A model generated the notes under the pieces. The model ran no database searches, had not been told where the DNA came from, and saw nothing but the letters and a program-made list of their open reading frames with translations. Source: Candidatus Deferrimicrobiaceae bacterium (GTDB taxonomy: Bacteria > Desulfobacterota > Deferrimicrobia > Deferrimicrobiales > Deferrimicrobiaceae). Taken from it: a stretch of 64,000 nt of DNA. A program made the position numbers and the translations under genes. Below, one piece after another: positions 1-11,743 of this stretch (positions are counted from its first letter, which is position 1; the number at the start of each line of letters is the position of its first letter). The stretch spans positions 704,001-768,000 of the forward strand of contig CAWBVY010000006.1 in NCBI GenBank assembly GCA_963792415.1, given 5' to 3'.

Positions 1-2162
<2,162 letters not shown>

Positions 2163-2165
2163 GGA

Positions 2166-2684
2166 TCAGTCTCCTTGGGATGATTCGGTCCGCCCCTGTC
2201 CGACAGCGGCCCGGCAGGCGTCGGGCGGGAAGCCGCGCCCGGCCAGAAACCGGTACGCCTTCGCGGCCCCCTCCCGTCCCGGGGGAATTCCTTCCCGGAA
2301 CTTCCTCCGAAGCGCGATCGCCGCGGTCTCGGCGACCGCCCGGGGGGAAGCGACCTCCCGAAGCGCTTCCTCGACGAGGTCCCGGGAGAAGCGGCGCGAC
2401 GCGAGCTTCCTTGCGATCTTCGCGGGCCCGTACCGCCGATCCTCCTGGTACGAAAGCGCCAGCCGGCGGCACAACGTCGCGTCCTCGAGCAGGCCCAGCT
2501 CTCGCAGGCGCGAGAGGACCGCGGGGATCTCGCCTTCGGCGACCCCCTTGCGCGCGAGCCGCAGGGCCACCTCTCCCTCGCTCAAGGGCCGACGCGCCAC
2601 CATCCCGACGGCGAGCTCGATTCCCCCGCCCGGAGGCCGGCCGGCGCCCGCGCTAGGAGGGCTTCGGGGGACCGCCCTTTTCAA
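2166..2684 (-). CDS. recX: Regulatory protein RecX
   Basis: ARRPLSEGEVALRLARKG...LLED...RYGPAKIARKLASRRF...AYRFLAGRGF is the RecX pattern; downstream of recA. Start uncertain (TTG 2684 chosen; ORF extends to 2723). Confidence 0.85.
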   Translation of the reverse strand: MKRAVPRSPPSAGAGRPPGGGIELAVGMVARRPLSEGEVALRLARKGVAEGEIPAVLSRLRELGLLEDATLCRRLALSYQEDRRYGPAKIARKLASRRFSRDLVEEALREVASPRAVAETAAIALRRKFREGIPPGREGAAKAYRFLAGRGFPPDACRAAVGQGRTESSQGD

Positions 2685-3780
2685 AATCGTCCCACGTGAG
2701 GTCCGAGGTCGAGGAGACCCCACGGACCCGCAAGGCGAAGTCGTCGGGGTTGCTGGCCTGCCGAAGGGCCTCGTCGAGGGTGACGAGCCCCTCCTTGAGG
2801 AGGGTCAGGAGGGACTGGTCGAAGGTCTGCATCCCGTAGCTCACGAACCCCTGCGCGATCGCCTCCCGGATCTTGCGGGTCTTGTCCTTGTCCTCGATGT
2901 ATTCCCGGATCCGGGCGGTGTTCAGGAGGATCTCCGCGGCGGGGACGCGCCCCTGGCCGTCCGCGCGGGGAAGCAGCCGCTGCGAGATTACCGCCTTGAG
3001 GACGGAGCCCAGCTGCAGGCGGATCTGTTTCTGCTGGAACGGGGGAAACGACGCCACGATCCGGTTGATCGTTTCGGCGGCGTCCATGGTGTGCAGCGTC
3101 GACAGGACGAGGTGCCCCGTTTCCGCGGCGACGATCGCCGTCTCGATCGTCTCGAGGTCGCGCATCTCCCCGACGAGGATCACGTCGGGATCCTGCCGGA
3201 GGGCGCTCTTCAGCGCGTCGGCATACGACGACGTGTCCACCCCGAGCTCCCGCTGGTTGATGATGCTCTTGCCGTCGCGCAGAAGGAACTCGATCGGATC
3301 CTCGATCGTCATGATGTGGCAGCTGCGATGGGTGTTGATGTACTGGACCACCGCCGCAAGCGTGGTGGACTTGCCGCACCCGGTCGTCCCGGTGCAGAGG
3401 ATGAGCCCCCGCTCCTCCAGGGCGATCTTTTCCATCACCTTCGGGAGGTGGAGATCCTCGAAGGTCCTGACCCCGACGGGAACGAGCCGCATCACGATGC
3501 CAGTCGTCCCTCGCTGCTGGAACACGTTGACGCGGAACCGGCCCAGTCCCGGGACGCCGTAGGCGCAGTCGATCTCGTGGCGCTGCTCGAACCGCTCCCT
3601 CTGGCCCCCCTGAAAGACGACCTCCGTCATCGCCGCCAGATCCACGGGCTTCAGCGGCTCGGGGACCTTGAGGGGCACGAGCTTCCCGTTGATCCGGAAG
3701 ACGGGGGGAAGTCCCACCTTGAGGTGCACGTCCGAGGCGCCGTGCTTCGCCGCCGCCTGGAGGATTTCGTTCAGGTCCAA
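2653..3780 (-). CDS. pilT: PilT/PilU-family type IV pilus retraction ATPase
   Basis: ASDVHL, Walker [50 protein letters not shown]. Paralog subtype uncertain. Confidence 0.9.
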   Translation of the reverse strand: MDLNEILQAAAKHGASDVHLKVGLPPVFRINGKLVPLKVPEPLKPVDLAAMTEVVFQGGQRERFEQRHEIDCAYGVPGLGRFRVNVFQQRGTTGIVMRLVPVGVRTFEDLHLPKVMEKIALEERGLILCTGTTGCGKSTTLAAVVQYINTHRSCHIMTIEDPIEFLLRDGKSIINQRELGVDTSSYADALKSALRQDPDVILVGEMRDLETIETAIVAAETGHLVLSTLHTMDAAETINRIVASFPPFQQKQIRLQLGSVLKAVISQRLLPRADGQGRVPAAEILLNTARIREYIEDKDKTRKIREAIAQGFVSYGMQTFDQSLLTLLKEGLVTLDEALRQASNPDDFALRVRGVSSTSDLTWDDFEKGGPPKPS

Positions 3781-3784
3781 GGGG

Positions 3785-4813
3785 TCACGCTCCTTCCGTC
3801 GCCGCCTCGCCGGCCCCCACGATCCCGCGCTTCGCGAGGATCTTCTTCGCCAGGTCGCCGGTCATCTCGGGGTGCTCCTTGAGGAACAGGCGGGCGTTCT
3901 CCCGTCCCTGCCCGATCCGCTCCCCGCCGACAGAGTACCACGCACCGCTCTTCTCGACGACGTCCTGCTCCACCCCGAGGTCGAGGATGTCGCCCTCCCG
4001 GGAGATCCCTTCCCCGTAGAGGATGTCGAACTCCGCCTCGCGGAAGGGCGGGGCGAGCTTGTTTTTCACTACCTTGACCCGCGTGCGGCCGCCGATCACG
4101 GAGTCGTCCTTCTTGATCTGGGCGATCCGGCGGATGTCCAGCCGGACGGTGGCGTAGAACTTGAGCGCGTTGCCCCCGGTGGTGGTCTCGGGATTGCCGA
4201 ACATGACCCCGATCTTCTGCCGGATCTGGTTGATGAAGATGATCGCGGTCCGGGACTTGCTGATCGTCCCGGTGAGCTTGCGCAGCGCCTGGGACATGAG
4301 GCGCGCCTGGAGCCCCATGTGGGCGTCCCCCATCTCCCCCTCGATCTCCGCCTTCGGGACCAGGGCGGCGACGGAGTCGACCACCAACACGTCGAGCGCG
4401 CCGCTGCGTACGAGCATCTCCGCGATCTCGAGGGCCTGCTCCCCCGTGTCGGGCTGGGAGATCAGGAGATCCTCCGTGGAGATCCCCAGCTTTCTCGCAT
4501 ACGAAAGATCGAGGGCGTGCTCCGCGTCGATGAACCCGGCGATCCCCCCGGTCCGTTGCGCCTCTGCGATGACGTGAAGGGCCAGCGTCGTCTTCCCGGA
4601 CGATTCCGGCCCAAAGATCTCCGTGACGCGTCCCCGCGGGATCCCGCCGATGCCGAGGGCGGCGTCGAGGGAGATCGCGCCGGTGGAGATGATGGGGACG
4701 ATCTCGACGGGGGCATCCGACCCCAGTCGCATGATCGATCCCTTGCCGTAATTCTTCTCGATCGCCGCGACGGCCATGTCGAGCGCCTTCCGGCGGCCTG
4801 TATCCTGGCTCAT
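3785..4813 (-). CDS. recA: Recombinase RecA
   Basis: [31 protein letters not shown]; start MSQDTGRR with an upstream GGAG/AAGGA RBS. Confidence 0.99.
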   Translation of the reverse strand: MSQDTGRRKALDMAVAAIEKNYGKGSIMRLGSDAPVEIVPIISTGAISLDAALGIGGIPRGRVTEIFGPESSGKTTLALHVIAEAQRTGGIAGFIDAEHALDLSYARKLGISTEDLLISQPDTGEQALEIAEMLVRSGALDVLVVDSVAALVPKAEIEGEMGDAHMGLQARLMSQALRKLTGTISKSRTAIIFINQIRQKIGVMFGNPETTTGGNALKFYATVRLDIRRIAQIKKDDSVIGGRTRVKVVKNKLAPPFREAEFDILYGEGISREGDILDLGVEQDVVEKSGAWYSVGGERIGQGRENARLFLKEHPEMTGDLAKKILAKRGIVGAGEAATEGA

Positions 4814-5406
4814 GTTTCCTTCTCCTCTCGTGTTTCCCGCTTCTCGGAGCCTTCGAGGCGAAAATCGCACAGCGGGGTATGGACCGCCCCCCCCGGCCCC
4901 AGGCGGCTTTCGTACAACGTAAAGGACGACACGGGAACGATGCCGAATCTTTTCCCGGAAAGCGCCTGGACAAACCGCTCTCCCCACGCTGGAGGGAGCG
5001 CCCCGCGGGTACGCCCGACCGTGATGTGCGGGTGGAACGGACGGTCCTCCCGGGGAAACCCGGCCCCCGCAAGGGCGTTCCCCATATTCTGTTGCAACTG
5101 CCTTACCAATTCAAGCGGTTCAAGGAACCCGACCCAAAAGATTCGCGGGTTTCTGGTGCCGGGAAAGGCTCCCCCCCCCTCCGCCGTCAGGGAGGACGGA
5201 CCGATTCCGTTCGCCACGACCCGCATCGACCGTTCGACGATCGCCACCCGCTCCGGTAAAATTTCACCCAGGAAATTCAAGGTGATGTGGAGGTTCTCCG
5301 GTGCCGTCCACGCGACGGGGGCATGGAGGCCACGGGCCTGCGCGATCGCCGACACGATGGCCTCGCGGGTAGCGGCGGGAAGACCGATGCCGAGGAACGC
5401 TCTCAT
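4810..5406 (-). CDS. thpR: RNA 2',3'-cyclic phosphodiesterase (2H family)
   Basis: MRAFLGI start; two HxT motifs ([19 protein letters not shown]). Confidence 0.92.
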   Translation of the reverse strand: MRAFLGIGLPAATREAIVSAIAQARGLHAPVAWTAPENLHITLNFLGEILPERVAIVERSMRVVANGIGPSSLTAEGGGAFPGTRNPRIFWVGFLEPLELVRQLQQNMGNALAGAGFPREDRPFHPHITVGRTRGALPPAWGERFVQALSGKRFGIVPVSSFTLYESRLGPGGAVHTPLCDFRLEGSEKRETREEKET

Positions 5407-5912
5407 TCCCCCTCCGCGACGGCGGTTCGCAGAACGTCGATTGCGGCGCCCAGCGAGGCCCTGACGGTTTCCCGGCGGACCGCCTCGCGGCCTCCGGAAA
5501 ACCGGAACCGGTGCGCATACCGCACCCCGCCCGGGGCAACGACGGCCACCCAGACCGTCCCCACCGGCTTTCCGCGACTCCCGCCTCCGGGCCCCGCCAC
5601 GCCGGTGACCGCGATCGCAAGGTCCGACAGGAAGAGGGAGAGGGCCCCTTCCGCCATGGCAAGCGCCACCTCGCGGCTCACTGCGCCTCGCTCGGCGATC
5701 AGGCCGGGCGGAACGGCCAGCAGCGAGATCTTCGCGGAATTGCCGTACGCAAGGATGCCGCCGGAAAAATAGCGGGAACTCCCGGGGATCGAGGTGATCG
5801 CCCCCCCCAACAGCCCCCCCGTGCACGATTCCGCAACGGCAACGGTTTTTCCGGAGGCGGACAACGCCTCTCCAAGCAACCTCGCCGCCGAGGAGGTCAG
5901 CCGATCAGCCAA
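5403..5912 (-). CDS. cinA: CinA C-terminal domain protein (NMN deamidase, PncC-like)
   Basis: VAVAESCTGG, IPGSSRYF, VTGVAGPGGG, KPVGTV; TTG start inferred. Confidence 0.9.
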   Translation of the reverse strand: MADRLTSSAARLLGEALSASGKTVAVAESCTGGLLGGAITSIPGSSRYFSGGILAYGNSAKISLLAVPPGLIAERGAVSREVALAMAEGALSLFLSDLAIAVTGVAGPGGGSRGKPVGTVWVAVVAPGGVRYAHRFRFSGGREAVRRETVRASLGAAIDVLRTAVAEGE

Positions 5913-6385
5913 GTGATCCCCCGGTACGCGAGTCCCGCGCACACCCCTGCCGCCAGGTCGTCCGCCACCACGTAGACGGCTCCCCTGCGGGCGTCGAGCC
6001 ACGCCGCGGGCCCGAATTTGAACACGTCGAAGACCCGGAACAGCAGGAAGAGCAGGAGGACGGGACGAACTCCCCAAGGGACGCCGGTGGCCGCAAGCAG
6101 CATCCCCGCGATCTCGTCGATGACCACGGATCCGGGGTCCGGACATCCCGTCGCGGCGATCTCCTCCCGGGCGGCGGGGATGGAAACGAGGAGCACCGCG
6201 CACAGGAGGAGAAGATGGCGCACCCCCCATCCGCCGGACCAGTACCAGAGGGGCAGGGCGACCAGGGTCCCCGCCGTCCCGGGGGCAACGGGAAACCGGC
6301 CCGCTCCGAACCCCGTGGCGACGGCGCGCAACCCTCCGCGAACCCACCGGTTTCCTCGAAAACGATTGACTTGTACAGCGCCCAT
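5897..6385 (-). CDS. pgpA: Phosphatidylglycerophosphatase A
   Basis: APGTAGT, DPGSVVIDEIAG, LFRVFDVFK, ADDLAAG; usual pgpA-cinA order. Confidence 0.92.
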   Translation of the reverse strand: MGAVQVNRFRGNRWVRGGLRAVATGFGAGRFPVAPGTAGTLVALPLWYWSGGWGVRHLLLLCAVLLVSIPAAREEIAATGCPDPGSVVIDEIAGMLLAATGVPWGVRPVLLLFLLFRVFDVFKFGPAAWLDARRGAVYVVADDLAAGVCAGLAYRGITWLIG

Positions 6386-6436
6386 GTCGGATATTTACTA
6401 CTGTATGTCAATAAAACCCCATTTTCCAACGATGGA

Positions 6437-8017
6437 ATGACCGAGCCTCCGGCAACTTCGGACGACCTTTTCCTGCAGCGGCTCGCGCAGGCAGTCACCG
6501 ATTTCGCCAAAGGGATCAAAAGCGCGAGCTTTTATCCCGCCGGCCATCCTGCCCTGCTGCAAGGCGTCGCGAAGATCATCCAGCTGTTCGAGGCGATCCC
6601 CCTGCCCGAAGAAGGCCTTTCGATCGACGTCACGAAGAACGCCCTCCTTTACCGGGACGTCCCGCTGCCCGCCGGGGGAAACAAGGCGCTCCTGGACCTC
6701 AACCGGGAGCTGTACCTGCGGCGCGCGGCGCGGATCATCTTTCTTCCCAACCTCCAGCCGGACGAGGTCGTTTCGTGTCTCAAGGCCATCACGCTGGATC
6801 CGGAGGAAATCCAGGACGCCGGTGGGCTCGAGCAGATCCTGCTGCGGGAGAAAGTGACGCGGATCTGGGCAAACCGGGTGGACTACGGCAAACTCACGCA
6901 ACTCCTGAAGGAGGAGGAATTCGAGGAGATCCGGCCCGAGGAAATCACCGATGACCTGCCCGTGGTCTCGGTTGACCCGATGCAGGACGATGCGCCGCCC
7001 GAGGAAATCGTGACGATCGAAACCTTGATCGCGCGGATCGCGAAGGAGACCGACCCCTCCGCCTACCGCGGGCACATCGTGGAGTTCTCGCGGTTCCTCC
7101 CGGCGGAACGCGCCGAGCGGAAGATCGAATTCTCGGCGCAGGCGATCGCGATCTTCGTCCGGCACATCAAGACTCCTCCCGGGGGAAACGCCGAGATCGC
7201 GGGACTCGCCCGCCTCGGGATCAAGGAGGTGGCCTCGGAAGAACTGGTGGAGCATTACATCGGCCTGCTCAAGAAGCGCGGAGCCCGTGGCCGCGGGGAG
7301 ACCGATGCGGTGCTCGTCGCGCTGGAGGAGCGCTCCGTCGGGCCCCTGCTCCAGGCCCTGGCCGAGGAGGAGGACCTGCTCGTCCGGAAGGCGATCGTCG
7401 AGATCGTGACGCGGATCGGAAGGATCGCCGTCCCCATGGTCCTGGAGAACCTGACCGACACCCGCTGGTACATGGTGCGAAACATGATCACCATCCTCGG
7501 CACCCTCGGGATGCCCGACCTCGCCCCGCACGTCGCCGCCACGCTTTCCCACCCCGACCTGCGGGTGAAGAAGGAGGCGATCAAGGCGCTCTCGAGGATC
7601 CCCCACCCTTCCGCCGTCACCGCCCTCTGCGATCTCTGCTTCTTCCCCGAGGAAACGGTGGCCCTCACCGCCACCGGCGCCCTGTCGTTGAAGAAGGAAA
7701 CGGAGGCGGTCGTCGCCCTGTACCGCCGGGCTACGGCCAAACGCATCCTCTACCCGAACTACAGACTGGCCCACGAGGCGATCGACTCTCTCCGGGCGAT
7801 CGGGACCGACGAGTCGGTCACCGCCCTCGAGGAGATTCTCGCCCTGCAGTCCCCGTGGTCCACAAATAAGTTCCGGGCGATGAAATTCCACGCTCTCCGG
7901 AGCATCTCAAAGATCAGGGGAGAGCGTTCGGAGGAGGTCCTGGAGCGGACCCGGCGTTCCGCCGACCGGTCGCTCCGAGACGAGGTCGAGCGTATACTCG
8001 CAAGACGCGTGACGTGA
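6437..8017 (+). CDS. HEAT-repeat protein with unnamed N-terminal YPxxHP domain
   Basis: C-terminal HEAT/PBS-like repeats (WYMVRNMITILG, HPDLRVKKEAIKALSRI); N-terminal SFYPAGHP region. Confidence 0.8.
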   Translation: MTEPPATSDDLFLQRLAQAVTDFAKGIKSASFYPAGHPALLQGVAKIIQLFEAIPLPEEGLSIDVTKNALLYRDVPLPAGGNKALLDLNRELYLRRAARIIFLPNLQPDEVVSCLKAITLDPEEIQDAGGLEQILLREKVTRIWANRVDYGKLTQLLKEEEFEEIRPEEITDDLPVVSVDPMQDDAPPEEIVTIETLIARIAKETDPSAYRGHIVEFSRFLPAERAERKIEFSAQAIAIFVRHIKTPPGGNAEIAGLARLGIKEVASEELVEHYIGLLKKRGARGRGETDAVLVALEERSVGPLLQALAEEEDLLVRKAIVEIVTRIGRIAVPMVLENLTDTRWYMVRNMITILGTLGMPDLAPHVAATLSHPDLRVKKEAIKALSRIPHPSAVTALCDLCFFPEETVALTATGALSLKKETEAVVALYRRATAKRILYPNYRLAHEAIDSLRAIGTDESVTALEEILALQSPWSTNKFRAMKFHALRSISKIRGERSEEVLERTRRSADRSLRDEVERILARRVT

Positions 8018-8032
8018 GAGGGGGGGATTGAC

Positions 8033-9421
8033 GTGGATCGAAGACAGATGGAGACCGCCATCGCCGGGGTCGTCCGTTCCCTTGGGGCATCGCTGAAAAA
8101 TCTTGGGCTGTACCCGCCAACGCACCCACTGGTCCGAACGCCTGTGGAAAAGTGCCACGTGGAGCTCGCTCCGTTCTTCGCCGACCGGCAGGAGCTGGCC
8201 CTCACCGTCGCGGACGGAACCCTCGTCCTCGAGGGGGTCCCGATCTTCCAGTTGACCTCGTCCCTCGAACTCTTCATGGCGCGGCTCGGGGCCATCGGGC
8301 TTCCCGCCGTCATCTTCGAACGCGGCGTATCTGTCGCAGACATCGAGCTGTTCGTCCGGTTCCTGCACGAGACGAAGGAACAGGGGCTGCCGATCCCGGA
8401 GATCACGTCGCGCCTCGCCCTTTGGGGAGTCACCCACATCCGGGTCACCGCGACCGACGCAGAGGAGAAGGACGACTTCACCCTCGCCCGGGAGATTTAC
8501 GGAAATGCCTTGAATGTCGTGGTCCGGGCCCTGAAGGATGTGCGGAGCGGGAAAACACCGGACGGCGCGGAATCCGACCAGGCGGTCCGGGAGATGAGCG
8601 GAATGGTCTCGCGGAACCGCGACGCCATGCTGGCCCTGACACTGATCAAGAACTTCGACGAATACACCTACAACCATTCCGTGAACGTCTCCGTGCTCTC
8701 CCTGGCCATGGCCGAGACCCTCGGGCTGCCCGATACCGAACGGATCGGCGTCGGGGTCGCCGGCCTGCTCCACGACGTCGGAAAGACGCAACTCGCCCTC
8801 GACCTCATCCGGAAGCCCGGAACCTTGACGGTCCTAGAGTTCGAGGAAATCAAGAAGCATCCCGAGGAGGGGTTCGCCATCCTCGGAAAGATGACCCACA
8901 TCCAGGAAACGACGCGCGCCGTCGTGCGGGAACACCACATGCGGTTCGACCGCACCGGCTACCCGCGACCCGAGCCGGAGTACCGGATCAACCCGCACTC
9001 CCACGTCATCGCCGTCGCCGACTGCTACGACGCGCTGACGACCATGCGCACCTACCAGAAGGCGCGGTCACCCCGGCAGGCGCTTGAGATCATGAAGAAA
9101 CTTGCGGGAAAATCGCTCGATCCGGACCTTGTGGAACTGATGGAGCAATCCCTCGGGGTCTATCCCGTGGGAACCATGGTGCGGCTGAGCACGATGGAGG
9201 TCGGAGTCGTGACCGGAACCCCGGACGGGGGAAAGGGCGAGCCGAAGGTGGCGATCCTGTTCGACCGGTCGGGGAACCCGTTGGCCGCCCCGCAGGAGGT
9301 GGACCTGAAGGAGCCCGACCCGTCCTCGGCACGGCCCCGCCGGATGATCCTCGGGACCGTCAACCCGCTGATGCACCCGCCCGTGTCCACGAGCGGAATC
9401 CTGCAGGCCATCTCGGGGTAA
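8033..9421 (+). CDS. HD-GYP domain protein (putative cyclic-dinucleotide phosphodiesterase)
   Basis: EYTYNHSVNV, LLHDVGK, HPEEG, HHMRFDRTGYP, ADCYDAL. Confidence 0.9.
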   Translation: MDRRQMETAIAGVVRSLGASLKNLGLYPPTHPLVRTPVEKCHVELAPFFADRQELALTVADGTLVLEGVPIFQLTSSLELFMARLGAIGLPAVIFERGVSVADIELFVRFLHETKEQGLPIPEITSRLALWGVTHIRVTATDAEEKDDFTLAREIYGNALNVVVRALKDVRSGKTPDGAESDQAVREMSGMVSRNRDAMLALTLIKNFDEYTYNHSVNVSVLSLAMAETLGLPDTERIGVGVAGLLHDVGKTQLALDLIRKPGTLTVLEFEEIKKHPEEGFAILGKMTHIQETTRAVVREHHMRFDRTGYPRPEPEYRINPHSHVIAVADCYDALTTMRTYQKARSPRQALEIMKKLAGKSLDPDLVELMEQSLGVYPVGTMVRLSTMEVGVVTGTPDGGKGEPKVAILFDRSGNPLAAPQEVDLKEPDPSSARPRRMILGTVNPLMHPPVSTSGILQAISG

Positions 9422-9428
9422 CTACGGC

Positions 9429-10007
9429 TCAGGAGGGCAGGGACGCCGACCAACCCCCCAGTGCCTCCGCCACCGCGGCGCGAACGGTTTCGTTCGGGTC
9501 CCCGGCGCGCGACAGGATCTTTTCCCACCCCGGGCCGTCGCACAAGCGGGAGAACGCCTTGGTCGCCTTCGCCCGGACCTCCGGTTCGGGGTGGTCGAGG
9601 AACCTCTCGACGTGCGGGGCCAGTTCCCTCCGTCCGGAAGCTCCCAGCGTCTCGAGAAGATTGCCGAGAACCACTCCCCGCTCCCGCGGGAGCATCTCCC
9701 ACAGGGACTTGATCACGCCCGGCGAGGGGAACGAGGATAACGCCCGCACGGCCGCTCCCCGGATCTCCGTCTCCTTGTCCGAAAGTGCCTGAAGGAGAAG
9801 GGAAACCCCTTCCGATCCGCCCAAATCCTCGGCGGCATGGATCACGCGGAGTTTCTCCTCGACGGTGCCACCCTGGATCTTGGACCGGAACTCCTCCATC
9901 GATCGCTTCGCGAAGGTACGATCCATCGACCCGGACGCGGCTTCCCGCACCGCCGCGGAGGGGTCCGACAGCAGTTTGCCCAGCACCTCCTCGATCCGCT
10001 CCATCAT
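9429..10007 (-). CDS. HEAT-repeat protein
   Basis: Repeats LSDPSAAVREAA, LSDKETEIRGAAVRAL, LDHPEPEVRAKA, DPNETVRAAVAEALG. Confidence 0.8.
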   Translation of the reverse strand: MMERIEEVLGKLLSDPSAAVREAASGSMDRTFAKRSMEEFRSKIQGGTVEEKLRVIHAAEDLGGSEGVSLLLQALSDKETEIRGAAVRALSSFPSPGVIKSLWEMLPRERGVVLGNLLETLGASGRRELAPHVERFLDHPEPEVRAKATKAFSRLCDGPGWEKILSRAGDPNETVRAAVAEALGGWSASLPS

Positions 10008-10156
10008 TTTCCGTTTCCCCCGCCTTCTCTCGGGCGCCGTCGGGACGACCGGCCCCGGATCCCGTAGCGAATAGTCTTACCGGAAGGGGATCGGTTCGTC
10101 AATCCGGCCGGTTGACGATGGCGGCGGCCCGAACGTACACTCAAATCGGAGGGAGC

Positions 10157-10594
10157 ATGGGAGACAAGATCACCGGGGAGAGGATTCTCGGGCTGGATTA
10201 CGGAAGCCGCCGGATCGGGATGGCCGTGTCCGATCCCCTGGGGTTGACCGCACAACCCCTCCCCCCGATCCCGAGGGAGGGGGACAGGAAGGATATCGTC
10301 GTCCTCGCCCGCCTCGCGGCGGACATCGGGGTGACGTCGGTGGTGCTCGGCCTCCCCCTTCTCCTCAACGGCGACGAGGGACCCGCTGCGGTCCGGGCGA
10401 GGGCCTTCGGAGAACGATTACAGTCCGAAACCTCCCTGCCGGTGACGATGTGGGACGAGCGACTGACCTCGGTGCAGTCCGAACGGCACCTCATCGCTTC
10501 CGGCGTGCGGAGGGAGGACCGGAAGGGGATCCGGGACAGCCTCTCGGCCATGTTCCTGCTCCAGGCCGCCCTGGACTCCCGGCGCCGGAAATGA
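10157..10594 (+). CDS. ruvX: RuvX/YqgF family nuclease
   Basis: ILGLDYGSRRIGMAVSD, VLGLPL, WDERLTS; GGAGG RBS. Confidence 0.95.
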   Translation: MGDKITGERILGLDYGSRRIGMAVSDPLGLTAQPLPPIPREGDRKDIVVLARLAADIGVTSVVLGLPLLLNGDEGPAAVRARAFGERLQSETSLPVTMWDERLTSVQSERHLIASGVRREDRKGIRDSLSAMFLLQAALDSRRRK

Positions 10595-11613
10595 ACATCG
10601 CCGCCGACGGTCCCCGTCGCATCGGCCGGGGCGTGGCCCTCGCACTACTGGCGGTGGCGCTCGTTGCCGCCTTCTTCCTCTTCGATACGTACCCGACCGG
10701 AAACTGGGAGGGGAAACTGGTGCTCATTCCGAAGGGGAGCCGGCTTCCCGGGGTGATCGGAATCCTTCGGGAGAATGGGATCCTCCCCCACCCGGTGGCG
10801 TTCCGTGCGCTCGTGCTCCTGACGGGCTCCGGGCGGCAGATCCGCTACGGGGAGTACGTCTTCGCGACGCCCCCGTCGGCCTTCGACACGTGGCGGAGAC
10901 TGACCCGCGGGGACGTCATCAAACACGAGGTGACGGTGCCCCCGGGGGCGAACCTCTACGACATCGCGAAGTTGCTGGAGAAGGAAAAGCTGGTCCCGGC
11001 AGAGTTGTTCCTCGCCGCCGCCTCCTCGCCCGACGTTCTCCGGCGGCTGGGGATCCCGGGGGAGAGCGCGGAGGGGTATCTCTTCCCCGATCGATACTTC
11101 TTCGTGAAGCCCGTAACGCCGGAGGAGATCCTCGAGTTCATGGTGCGGCAGTTTCGCAGGAAAATCCCCCCGGATGCGGAAAAGCATGCGGGGGAGATGG
11201 ACCTTTCCCTGCACCAGATCGTGACGATTGCCTCCATCATCGAGAAGGAGACCGGGGTGGAGGGGGAGAAGCCGATCGTGTCGGCGGTCATCCGGAGACG
11301 CCTGGCCATCGGCATGCCGCTCCAGATGGACCCGACGGTGATCTACGGGGTGAAGCGGTTCGACGGGACGGTGACGCGAAAGGATCTGCGGACGGCGGGA
11401 CCGTACAACACCTACCTGAACCTGGGGCTGCCCCCGGGGCCGATCGCCAACCCGGGGCTCGCGTCGCTCGCCGCCGCGCTGAACCCGTCGAATACGGAGT
11501 ACCTTTACTTCGTGTCGAAAAACGACGGGTCCCACACGTTCTCACGTACGCTTGCGGAGCATAACCGCGCGGTGGAGCAGTTCCGGCGGGCCGTTCGGGA
11601 GGACGAGGAATAG
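10591..11613 (+). CDS. mltG: Endolytic transglycosylase MltG
   Basis: N-terminal TM segment, EGYLFPD, ASIIEKE, LQMDPTV, PYNTY, GLPPGPIANPG, YLYFV. Confidence 0.95.
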   Translation: MNIAADGPRRIGRGVALALLAVALVAAFFLFDTYPTGNWEGKLVLIPKGSRLPGVIGILRENGILPHPVAFRALVLLTGSGRQIRYGEYVFATPPSAFDTWRRLTRGDVIKHEVTVPPGANLYDIAKLLEKEKLVPAELFLAAASSPDVLRRLGIPGESAEGYLFPDRYFFVKPVTPEEILEFMVRQFRRKIPPDAEKHAGEMDLSLHQIVTIASIIEKETGVEGEKPIVSAVIRRRLAIGMPLQMDPTVIYGVKRFDGTVTRKDLRTAGPYNTYLNLGLPPGPIANPGLASLAAALNPSNTEYLYFVSKNDGSHTFSRTLAEHNRAVEQFRRAVREDEE

Positions 11614-11621
11614 CCCCCCTC

Positions 11622-11743
11622 CCCCACTCCCGGACGAACGGCACTCCCTGGGGTACCCTCACAACGGAAAAGTCGTCGGGCACCCCACTCCCGGACGAAC
11701 GGCACTCCCTGGGGTACCCTCACAACGGAAAAGTGATCGGGCA
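11622..11743. repeat. 61-bp tandem direct repeat, 2 copies
   Basis: Copies at 11622-11682 and 11683-11743 differ at only 2 positions (agtCGtcgggca vs agtGAtcgggca). Confidence 0.95.

Noticed and set aside
11622-11743. Repeat read as a mini CRISPR array
   Set aside because: The units are 61 bp and directly tandem with no unique spacer, and there are no cas genes in the window.
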